Shown piece by piece: positions 17,467 through 25,259 of a DNA stretch of 35,309 nucleotides. The position numbers were made by a program, and so were the translations under genes. The notes beneath the pieces are model-generated. The model saw only the letters and a program-made list of their open reading frames with translations. It was not told the DNA's origin and did not search any database. Source of the stretch: Anaerolineae bacterium (GTDB lineage Bacteria; Chloroflexota; Anaerolineae; B4-G1; DUEL01); assembly GCA_041082215.1 (NCBI GenBank), contig JBDOIF010000066.1, positions 1 to 35,309 of the forward strand, given 5' to 3'. Within the stretch, counting starts at the first letter, position 1. The number at the start of each line of letters is the position of its first letter.

Positions 17467-19663
17467 GGATGCGCGGGGCGAGTTGACTTTCCGCGTGGAC
17501 GGGATGGACTGCGCCGATTGCGCGCTCCATCTGGAACGGGCCGTGGCCCGCCTGGAGGGCGTGGACCGGGTCGAGGTCTCCTTTGCCACGGGACGGATGC
17601 GGCTGGCCGCCCGGGACGCGGCGTCTGTGGTGCCCCGGGTGCGGAGGCTGGCCCGCAGGATGGGATATGAGGCCGTGCCGGATCGCGGGACACAGGCACC
17701 CCCGGCCGGCCTCTGGGCTTTCCTCCGTCGCCATCGGTCCATCTGGCCGTCGGCGGGGGCGGGGCTGCTGTTGCTGACCGCCTTCGCGCTCCGCCTGCTC
17801 GGCGGGCCGGCCCTGGCGGCGGACGGGCTTCTGGTGGCGGCAACGCTGGTCGCCGGCTTTCCCCTGGCCCGCGCGGCGTGGGCCACCCTGCGCTCCGCCC
17901 GCACGGTGGATATGAACGGCCTGATGACCATCGCCGCCGTGGGGGCGCTGGCCATCGGCGAATACGCTGAGGCGGCCGTCGCCACATTTCTGTTCACGGT
18001 GGGGGAGGCGCTGGAGACCTATACGGCCGACCGAGCGCGGGGGGCGGTCCGGGCGCTGATGGACCTCCGGCCCGCCGAGGCGACGCGGCTGACGGAGGCG
18101 GGGGAGGAACGGGTCCCGGTAGAGGCCCTGGCGGTGGGGGACCGGCTCCTGATCCGCCCCGGCGAGCGGGTGCCGGCCGACGGGCGGGTGCTGGAGGGAC
18201 ACTCGGCGCTGAACCAGGCGACCATCACCGGCGAGGGGATGCCGGTGGACAAGGGGCCGGGAGATGAGGTCTTCGCCGGGACGGTGAACGGGGCAGGGGC
18301 GCTGGTCGTCGGGGTGACGCGCGTTGCCGAAGACTCCACCCTGGCCCGCATTGTCCGGCTGGTGACGGAGGCGCAGGAGCAGCGCGCGCCCAGCCAGCGG
18401 TTCGTGGACCGCTTTGCACGCATCTATACCCCGGCGGTGGTGGCTGTGGCGGCGCTGGTGGCCGCGGTCCCTCCGCTGGTGGGGTGGGGGGCGCCGCTCG
18501 ACTGGGTGTACCGGGCGTTGACGCTCCTGGTCATCGCCTGCCCCTGTGCACTGGTCATCTCGACTCCGGTAGCGATGGTGAGCGGCCTGACCGCCGCTGC
18601 GCGGGCGGGGGTGCTGATCAAGGGAGGGGTCCATCTGGAGCAACTGGCCCGGGTTCGCGCCGTCGCCTTCGACAAGACGGGCACCCTCACCCGGGGCGAG
18701 CCGCGACTGGTGGACGGTCAGTGTGCGGACCATGATCCCCGGCTGGCGCCCCGTGAATGCGTGGCCTGCCTGGATATGCTGGCCAAGGCGGCGGCTGTGG
18801 AGCGGCGCTCAGAGCACCCGCTGGCGCAGGCCGTGGTGGAGGCGGCGGATGCGCTGGGGGTAGGCGAGCGGTATCGGCCCGCCGAGGCGGTCGAAGCGGC
18901 TGCGGGCCAGGGCGTGCGGGGCCGGGTGGAAGGGCACGAGGTGGCGGTGGGGAGCCACGCCTTCGTCCACGGAGCGGGCGAGCCAGGGGAGTTCTGCCGT
19001 CTGGTGGAAGCAGCGGCCGCGAACGGGCAGACCGCCGTGGTTGTGGCCGATCTCTGTTGTGGCCAGCGGGCATACGGCCTGATCGCCGACACCCTGCGGG
19101 AGGAGGCCGCCTCTGTCCTGGCCGAGCTGAAGCGGCTGGGAGTGCGACAGACGGTGATGCTCACTGGCGACAACCCGGCCACGGCTGAGGCCGTCGCGCG
19201 GGCGGTGGGAGTGGACGAGGTGCGGGCGGGGTTGCTGCCCCAGGAGAAGGTAGCGGCTGTGGGGGAGCTGCTCGCAGCCTACGGGACAGTAGCGATGGTC
19301 GGGGATGGGGTGAACGACGCCCCGGCGCTGGCCCGGGCCTCTGTCGGCATCGCCATGGGGGCGGCCGGCTCCGACGTGGCGCTGGAGACGGCCGACGTGG
19401 CGCTGATGGGGGATGACCTGAGAGGGCTGCCGGCGGCGGTGCGGATCAGCCGCCGGGCGCTGCGGGCCGTCCGCCAGAACGTCGCCCTGGCCCTGGCGAC
19501 CAAGGGCCTCTTCCTGGCCCTGGCTGTGGCAGGGCTGGCTACCCTCTGGATGGCCGTCTTCGCCGACGTGGGGGTGTCGCTCCTGGTCATCCTCAACGGA
19601 ATGCGGGTGATGGGGCGGGAAAGAGGACTCTCCCGGCAGCATGGTGTAAGTCCCAGCTCTTAA
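17441..19663 (+). CDS. cadA: Heavy-metal-translocating P1B-2 ATPase (Zn/Cd/Pb; ZntA/CadA-like)
   Basis: N-terminal HMA GMDCADC, TGE, CPC, DKTGT, SEHP, MLTGDN, GDGVNDAPALA; the Lys in ALATKG and Asp in AVFADVG fit P1B-2. Confidence 0.93.
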   Translation: MEQGKQSYEDARGELTFRVDGMDCADCALHLERAVARLEGVDRVEVSFATGRMRLAARDAASVVPRVRRLARRMGYEAVPDRGTQAPPAGLWAFLRRHRSIWPSAGAGLLLLTAFALRLLGGPALAADGLLVAATLVAGFPLARAAWATLRSARTVDMNGLMTIAAVGALAIGEYAEAAVATFLFTVGEALETYTADRARGAVRALMDLRPAEATRLTEAGEERVPVEALAVGDRLLIRPGERVPADGRVLEGHSALNQATITGEGMPVDKGPGDEVFAGTVNGAGALVVGVTRVAEDSTLARIVRLVTEAQEQRAPSQRFVDRFARIYTPAVVAVAALVAAVPPLVGWGAPLDWVYRALTLLVIACPCALVISTPVAMVSGLTAAARAGVLIKGGVHLEQLARVRAVAFDKTGTLTRGEPRLVDGQCADHDPRLAPRECVACLDMLAKAAAVERRSEHPLAQAVVEAADALGVGERYRPAEAVEAAAGQGVRGRVEGHEVAVGSHAFVHGAGEPGEFCRLVEAAAANGQTAVVVADLCCGQRAYGLIADTLREEAASVLAELKRLGVRQTVMLTGDNPATAEAVARAVGVDEVRAGLLPQEKVAAVGELLAAYGTVAMVGDGVNDAPALARASVGIAMGAAGSDVALETADVALMGDDLRGLPAAVRISRRALRAVRQNVALALATKGLFLALAVAGLATLWMAVFADVGVSLLVILNGMRVMGRERGLSRQHGVSPSS

Positions 19664-19688
19664 GATTCAGTCCTGAATATTTAATGGT

Positions 19689-19718
19689 TTGACAAAACCC
19701 CTCAACCGGTAGTATAAT
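19689..19718 (+). promoter_or_regulatory. Consensus sigma70 promoter of the PadR-fusion gene
   Basis: TTGACA-18 bp-TATAAT. Confidence 0.75.
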
Positions 19719-19857
19719 TTCACGAGAACGCTGAGGACGCTGAGAATGCTTCGTGCCCCTGTGCCCTCCGTGCCTTTCTGGTTCTTCGCCTGAGCGGTAA
19801 AGAATGGGGGCCGAAGGGACGCCGGATACCTTCTGTTGGAACACCCTTGGAGGGGGA

Positions 19858-21324
19858 ATGCTGACAAAAAACGACGTCCTGGTTCTCGGGCTGCTGCTCG
19901 ATCGGCCGATGCACGGCTATGAGATCGGTCAGCTCATCAAGAGCGAGGGCATTGACCAGTGGATGGACGTCAGCGTGCCCGCGGTCTATTATTCCCTCAA
20001 CAAATTGCATCGTCTGGGCTATCTCTCCGCTGCCCGTTCCCGCCTGGGCGGAGTCGAGAAAAGCGTCTATCACCTCACCGAGATGGGGCGTCAGGCCTTC
20101 CTTGAGAGCATGGAGGGGATCCTTGGCTCTGAGGAGCCGGTCCGTTTCGACATTGATCTGGGGATTTTCCTCCTGAGCCGTTTCCCTCAGGACCGGGCCG
20201 TTGATCTTTTGGGGAAGCGGCTGTCGTTTCTCCGCCAGCGCTCCGCCGAGCTGGAAAAGCGCATTCAGAAAGCGCAGAGCAGCGGCGAGTTGCTCCGGGC
20301 TGCCATTCTCGAGCACAGCGCTGCATGTACCCGTATGGAGTCGGAGTGGCTGGATGGGATCATCCAGCGGCTGCGGGGTGAGGGGCGGGAAGTGGAGGGG
20401 GAAGCCGGACTGGTACGGCTTGTCGGCGACCTGCGCGACTTCCACCTCCCCGGCCTGATCAGGTTGATCGTTACAGGCAGGCTGAGCGGCACTCTTGTCG
20501 TCACCGATGGCATCTTCACCCGCACCCTTACTTTCCAGGAGGGCCGTCCCGTCTGCGCTACTTCCCGGCGACCGGAGGGGGAGGTGCGCGATCCGGGGCA
20601 GATTCTGAACGACATCTACGACCTTTTTCGCTGGCAGGAGGGAGCGTTTACCTTCGACCAGCAGGTGGCGGCCCAGGAAGGCTGCCTGGTACTGCAGTTA
20701 AGCCCGGAGAGCCTCATCCTGAACGGGGTCCGGTGGGTGGACAATTGGGCCGTCATCCAGCGCGTCATTCCGTCGGCAGATGTGGTCTTCGAACGGCGGG
20801 AGGGTGTGCAGTGCCCCACCGACCTGGAGCTGACCGAGGAGGAATGCCAGGTGCTGGGGGCGGTTGACGGGGTACGGGACGTATCCGACGTGGCCCGGAA
20901 ATGTGGCCTCACCGAGTTCGAGACCAGCAAGGTCCTCTACGGCCTCCACGCCGTCGGCCTGGTCCAGCCGGGCGATCTGGAAAAAATCCGCCTGCGCCGC
21001 CTCTTCCGGGAGTTTGCCGAACTGATGTGCCAGTCTACCAAACCCTACCGGGCTGGCCCCGACGACTTTTCCTGCGAGGAAGCGATCAACCAGCGGTGTG
21101 CCGACCTCCCGGTCCTGTTTGTCCGCAGCCGGGTTGAGGATCGGACCGATCCCAGCTTGCGGACGGAGGAGCTGGTTGAGATTTACCGCCGGTTTCTCCA
21201 AACACAGATCGCCGTGGTCCGGGAACGGTTCGGCAAAGAGGTCGCCGGGAAGCTCGTCCAGCAGGTGCTGGCCCAGATCAATCCCAGCCTTCGATCCGTT
21301 CTGGAACGTTACAGCCTCGCTTGA
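19858..21324 (+). CDS. PadR-family regulator fused to a DUF4388 (PatA_N-like) domain and C-terminal helical domains (488 aa)
   Basis: ATG at 19858 after GGAGGGGG. LGLLLDRPMHGYEI...SVPAVYYSLNKL...YHLTEMG is a PadR wHTH; GDLRDFHLPGLIRLI...SGTLVV...FQEGRPVCA...WQEGAFTF resembles DUF4388. Confidence 0.8.
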   Translation: MLTKNDVLVLGLLLDRPMHGYEIGQLIKSEGIDQWMDVSVPAVYYSLNKLHRLGYLSAARSRLGGVEKSVYHLTEMGRQAFLESMEGILGSEEPVRFDIDLGIFLLSRFPQDRAVDLLGKRLSFLRQRSAELEKRIQKAQSSGELLRAAILEHSAACTRMESEWLDGIIQRLRGEGREVEGEAGLVRLVGDLRDFHLPGLIRLIVTGRLSGTLVVTDGIFTRTLTFQEGRPVCATSRRPEGEVRDPGQILNDIYDLFRWQEGAFTFDQQVAAQEGCLVLQLSPESLILNGVRWVDNWAVIQRVIPSADVVFERREGVQCPTDLELTEEECQVLGAVDGVRDVSDVARKCGLTEFETSKVLYGLHAVGLVQPGDLEKIRLRRLFREFAELMCQSTKPYRAGPDDFSCEEAINQRCADLPVLFVRSRVEDRTDPSLRTEELVEIYRRFLQTQIAVVRERFGKEVAGKLVQQVLAQINPSLRSVLERYSLA

Positions 21325-21438
21325 GACAAGGCCGCACGGCGGGGGCGAGGGTGAAAGGACTCCTCTCCTGTTCGGCGCGGTCTCCTGCGCGTGCCGAATC
21401 CCGGCCTGCCTGATCGGAATGCCCCCGGTTTCCCCTGC

Positions 21439-21467
21439 TTGACAACTACTGCAATCCATAGTATAAT
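21439..21467 (+). promoter_or_regulatory. Consensus sigma70 promoter of the cytochrome/rhodanese operon
   Basis: TTGACA-17 bp-TATAAT; RBS GAGGAGG before the ATG at 21536. Confidence 0.82.
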
Positions 21468-21535
21468 TTTACTATAGATACAGGAATAAATATTCAACCC
21501 TGAATACTATTGGATTCTCTTTTTGAGGAGGCAGG

Positions 21536-22192
21536 ATGGATAGATCCACGCTCTCCCGCCGCCGATTTCTGGGGCTGGCGGCTGCTGGCGCCGCGGCTGC
21601 TTTGGGCCTGCCGTTGTTGAGGGACATCCCCTCCGTTGCGGAGGGGCGCCCTGGTGCCCGCTATGCCCTGGTGATTGACACCACCAGGTGCACGGGCTGC
21701 GGGGCGTGTATCGAGGCCTGCCGCCTGCGTAACCATCTCCCCGAAGGGGTCAGTTACATCCGCCGCATCGTCAAGGGGAACAGCCGCAACCCCTGGTTCC
21801 TGATGATCCAGTGCCAGCACTGTGCCAACCCCCCCTGCGCCACCGTCTGCCCCACCAACGCCACCTACCGGCGGGAGGACGGGGTGGTGCTCATTGACGA
21901 GCGGCTCTGCGTGGGCTGCAGGTACTGCATGCAGGCCTGCCCCTATCAGGCCCGCGTCTTTGACGAGGAGCGGGGGGTGGCTGATAAGTGCTGGCTCTGC
22001 CTCCCCTGGGTCCTGGGCGGGGGGCTTCCGGCCTGCGTGGAGGCCTGCATCCCCGGCGCCCGCTTCTTCGGCCGCGCCGACGACCCCAGTAGCGGGGTCG
22101 CCCAACTGATCGCCTCGGGCCGGGCCAAACCTCTCCATCCCGAATTTGGCACCGAGCCATCTATCCTGTCCTACATCATTGAAGAAGAGTGA
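21536..22192 (+). CDS. Tat-exported 4Fe-4S ferredoxin-type subunit (NrfC/PsrB/TtrB-like)
   Basis: SRRRFL twin-arginine signal; CTGCGACIEAC, CQHCANPPCATVCP, CVGCRYCMQACP, KCWLC...PACVEAC. Confidence 0.92.
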   Translation: MDRSTLSRRRFLGLAAAGAAAALGLPLLRDIPSVAEGRPGARYALVIDTTRCTGCGACIEACRLRNHLPEGVSYIRRIVKGNSRNPWFLMIQCQHCANPPCATVCPTNATYRREDGVVLIDERLCVGCRYCMQACPYQARVFDEERGVADKCWLCLPWVLGGGLPACVEACIPGARFFGRADDPSSGVAQLIASGRAKPLHPEFGTEPSILSYIIEEE

Positions 22193-22200
22193 GGTGGTCC

Positions 22201-23172
22201 ATGCAGACAGCCTGGGGCTGGCTTCCGGCCATTTACCTCTTCCTGGGCGGCATGGGCGCAGGCGCGCTGATGGTCGCCGCCACCTTTGAGTTCTACGGCA
22301 AGCGCTACCAGTACGACTTCTGCCCCACCGCCCTGGTGGGTGCCACCGTCTCCGGCCCCCTGGTCATCCTGGGCACGATCCTGCTCATCTTTGACCTGGG
22401 GGCTGGCCTGCGGGAGCCCTGGCGCATCCTCTATATGTTCACCCACTTTTCCTCGGTGATGACCTGGGGCGTCTGGCTCCTCACCCTCTTCATCCCGGTC
22501 TCCATGGTCTACGGCTTCCTGGAATACCTGGACTCCTTCCCGGCGGCGCGGGAGTGGCTGAGGGCCCGACAGTGGCTGGGCTGGACGAAGTTCCTCTGGA
22601 TCCTCCCCCTCCGCCGGACCAAGCGGGTCTTCGCCGGAATCGGCGTGGTGCTGGCCGTCGGTGTTGCCATTTATACGGGCATCCTGCTCAGCGCCGTGGG
22701 GCCGGCCATCCCCTTCTGGTCCACCCGCGTCCTGCCCTTCATCCCCATCCCGATGATGCCGGTCCTCTTCCTGGTCTCCGCCCTCTCCACCGGCCTGGGG
22801 CTGACGGTGGACCTGGCGGCGACGCTGGCGGTCGGCCCGATGGAGCAGCGGGTAAAGAGTTTGCCCTGGATTCATATGGCCTTCATCGGCGTGGAGACGC
22901 TCCTTCTGGGGATGCTCCTCATCACCGCGCTGGTGGACGGCGGCTCGGCGGCTCAATCGGCCCGGGAGATTATCGCGGGCAGCCATGCTGTCGTCTTCTG
23001 GGTGCTCATCGTGATCCCCGGCTTCATCTTCCCCTTCGTCGTCCACGCCTACGCAGCCGGGCTGGGGCGTCACTCTCTGGTCTCCGGCGTGGGTTCCGGG
23101 ATCGGCATCGTCGTCGCCGGATTGTTCCTGCGCTACCTGATCCTGGTCAGCGGCATCCCCGCCGCCTTGTAA
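22201..23172 (+). CDS. nrfD: NrfD/PsrC-family quinol-interacting membrane anchor
   Basis: Probable ATG at 22201 after GAGGTGG; WGWLPAIYLFLGGMGAG, LIFDLG, SSVMTWG, YTGILLS, PFW, LFLVSALSTG, LFLRY. Confidence 0.9.
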   Translation: MQTAWGWLPAIYLFLGGMGAGALMVAATFEFYGKRYQYDFCPTALVGATVSGPLVILGTILLIFDLGAGLREPWRILYMFTHFSSVMTWGVWLLTLFIPVSMVYGFLEYLDSFPAAREWLRARQWLGWTKFLWILPLRRTKRVFAGIGVVLAVGVAIYTGILLSAVGPAIPFWSTRVLPFIPIPMMPVLFLVSALSTGLGLTVDLAATLAVGPMEQRVKSLPWIHMAFIGVETLLLGMLLITALVDGGSAAQSAREIIAGSHAVVFWVLIVIPGFIFPFVVHAYAAGLGRHSLVSGVGSGIGIVVAGLFLRYLILVSGIPAAL

Positions 23173-23182
23173 GGAGACGCCA

Positions 23183-24064
23183 ATGTTACCTGCCCACTGG
23201 CCCAAATGGACGGTCATCCTCATCGGCCTGGCGCTGGCAGTTTTCACCATCCTGCTGGCGCTGGTGCTGGAGCCGGCGGCTCAGGCGCTGATGCCAAAAC
23301 CTACCCCCATTTCCACCCCGCCGCTCCTTCCTTACGCCGCACCCCAATCCCGCGAATGTATCCTCTGCCACACGGACGAGGCGGCTCTGGGCCAGACCGT
23401 ATCCGATGTTGAGGAGCTGGGGCGGCTCTGGATTGACCCGGCGGACGTCATCTCGGTCCACGGTCGGTTGGGCTGCGTCACCTGCCATCGGGGGAGCGGC
23501 GGCACGACCGACCTGGCTGCTGCCCATCAGGGGTTGGTGAAGGACCCCACGCTGCATTTTGAGGAGGAATGCCTCCTTTGTCACCGGAACCTGCCGGACG
23601 AGATCCCCGACGACCGGCTGCGCACGCCCCACTCCTCGGTGGTCCACGGCCAGGCGCAGGGAGTGACCTGCAGCGATTGCCACGGTGGGGTGGGGCACGG
23701 TTTTGACCCGGTTTCCGGCAAAGTGACCTGCTCCATGCACGTCTGCCTGGAGTGTCACCAGGCCCGCGGTCTGAGCGCCGAGCTACAGGGTTGCAACGCC
23801 TGCCACATCGGCCCGCATGATGTCTCGGCGGCCCTTTCCTGCAGCGACTGCCACACCTCCACCGAGCGCTGGAACGAGACCCATCTGGCGGTCCATCCGG
23901 TGGAACTGGTGGGATGGCATGCGCAGATAGATTGCTTTGACTGCCACGACTGGCCGAACTTCAGCGGCCTTCGCTACGTCTGTAGCGACTGCCACCAGCG
24001 TCCCCACGACTTCGGGAGCGATAATTGCGAGGAGTGCCATAGCCCGGAGGGGTGGGGCAAGTAG
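23183..24064 (+). CDS. Membrane-anchored decaheme c-type cytochrome (293 aa)
   Basis: N-terminal hydrophobic helix, Pro-rich linker and ten CxxCH motifs; RBS AAGGAG. Confidence 0.92.
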   Translation: MLPAHWPKWTVILIGLALAVFTILLALVLEPAAQALMPKPTPISTPPLLPYAAPQSRECILCHTDEAALGQTVSDVEELGRLWIDPADVISVHGRLGCVTCHRGSGGTTDLAAAHQGLVKDPTLHFEEECLLCHRNLPDEIPDDRLRTPHSSVVHGQAQGVTCSDCHGGVGHGFDPVSGKVTCSMHVCLECHQARGLSAELQGCNACHIGPHDVSAALSCSDCHTSTERWNETHLAVHPVELVGWHAQIDCFDCHDWPNFSGLRYVCSDCHQRPHDFGSDNCEECHSPEGWGK

Positions 24065-24125
24065 AGCAGGATTGCAAAATCAAGAAGGCGAAAGCCGATA
24101 AAATCTCAACAGGAGGAACTGAAGA

Positions 24126-25190
24126 ATGAAGCGTTCGCTCTATCCCATACTGGTCGCAATGACCATCGTCGCTACGCTGCTGGCGGGCTGTGCACAGCCC
24201 ACGCCGGCCCCCACGGCAACGCCGATGCCGCCGACGGCGACCCCTGTCCCGCCAACGGCAACGCCGGTGCCGCCCACGCCGACACCAGAACCCACTCCGG
24301 TGCCCGCTTCCGTCGTCATCCTGGATGCCGCAGCGTCCTACTTCACCGAGGGGATGAAGCTGATCGGCGCCGATGCGGTCTACGAGAACCTCAACGACGG
24401 CGATGCGTCCAACGACCCGATCATCATTGATATCCGCAGGCCGGAGGACTACGCCCTGGGGCACATCACGGGCGCGGTCAACATCGGCGCGGGCGCGCTC
24501 TTCGCCCCGGAGACGCTGGCGAAGCTGGACCCCGACCGTCAGATCGTCGTCTACTGCTACACCGGGCAGGCTTCAGGGCAGGTGGTGGCGGCGCTGAACA
24601 TGCTGGGCTACGACGCCTACAGCCTCAGGTTCGGCATGCCCTCCTGGGCGCTGGTGGAGGGAGTCTCCGCTGGCCCCTGGAAGGATAGCATGAGCCAGGG
24701 TTACCCTGTGGATATGGAGCCTGCCGATCTGGCCGGCAACTACCCCGCGCCGGAGCCTCCGGGGACGGACATAGCCTCTGCCGCGCTGGCCTACTTCACC
24801 GAGGGGATGAAGCTGATCGGCGCCGATGCGGTCTACGAGAACCTCAACGACGGCGACGCGTCCAACGACCCGATCATCATTGATATCCGCAAGCCGGAGG
24901 ACTATGCCCTGGGCCACATCACGGGTGCGGTCCACATCGGCGTGGGTGGCATCTTCAATCCGGAGACGCTGGCGAAGCTGGACCCCGACCGTCAGATCGT
25001 CGTCTACTGCTACACCGGGCAGGCTTCAGGGCAGGTGGTGGCGGCGCTGAACATGCTGGGCTACGATGCCTACAGCCTCAGGTTCGGCATGCCCTCCTGG
25101 GCGCTGGTGGAGGGAGTCTCCACACCTCCGTGGAACGACGAGATGACTCTGGGCTATCCGGTGGATATGGAGCCTCACGAGTTGCCGTAA
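24126..25190 (+). CDS. Lipoprotein with two tandem rhodanese (sulfurtransferase) domains
   Basis: Lipobox LLAGC, PTATP linker, two copies of IIDIR.PEDYALGHITGAV and the active-site loop VVYCYTGQ. Confidence 0.92.
   Translation: MKRSLYPILVAMTIVATLLAGCAQPTPAPTATPMPPTATPVPPTATPVPPTPTPEPTPVPASVVILDAAASYFTEGMKLIGADAVYENLNDGDASNDPIIIDIRRPEDYALGHITGAVNIGAGALFAPETLAKLDPDRQIVVYCYTGQASGQVVAALNMLGYDAYSLRFGMPSWALVEGVSAGPWKDSMSQGYPVDMEPADLAGNYPAPEPPGTDIASAALAYFTEGMKLIGADAVYENLNDGDASNDPIIIDIRKPEDYALGHITGAVHIGVGGIFNPETLAKLDPDRQIVVYCYTGQASGQVVAALNMLGYDAYSLRFGMPSWALVEGVSTPPWNDEMTLGYPVDMEPHELP
24337..25121 (+). repeat. 332-bp intragenic direct repeat (24337-24668 and 24790-25121)
   Basis: Offset 453 bp; about 15 mismatches by manual count (~95% identity). 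Confidence 0.93.
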
Positions 25191-25203
25191 TCCCGGGGAG
25201 GGG

Positions 25204-25239
25204 AGAGCCTCCCGCAGGTTGACCCCTGCGGGAGGCTCT
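25204..25239. other. Perfect 15-bp intergenic stem-loop
   Basis: AGAGCCTCCCGCAGG-ttgacc-CCTGCGGGAGGCTCT; no U-tract on the plus strand. Confidence 0.8.
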
Positions 25240-25259
25240 ATCTCACCGAAGGAGGTCCG

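Noticed and set aside
22190..22192. TGA ending the 4Fe-4S gene as another Sec codon
   Set aside because: The protein is complete at this point and the TGA overlaps the RBS of nrfD; no SECIS-like hairpin recognised.
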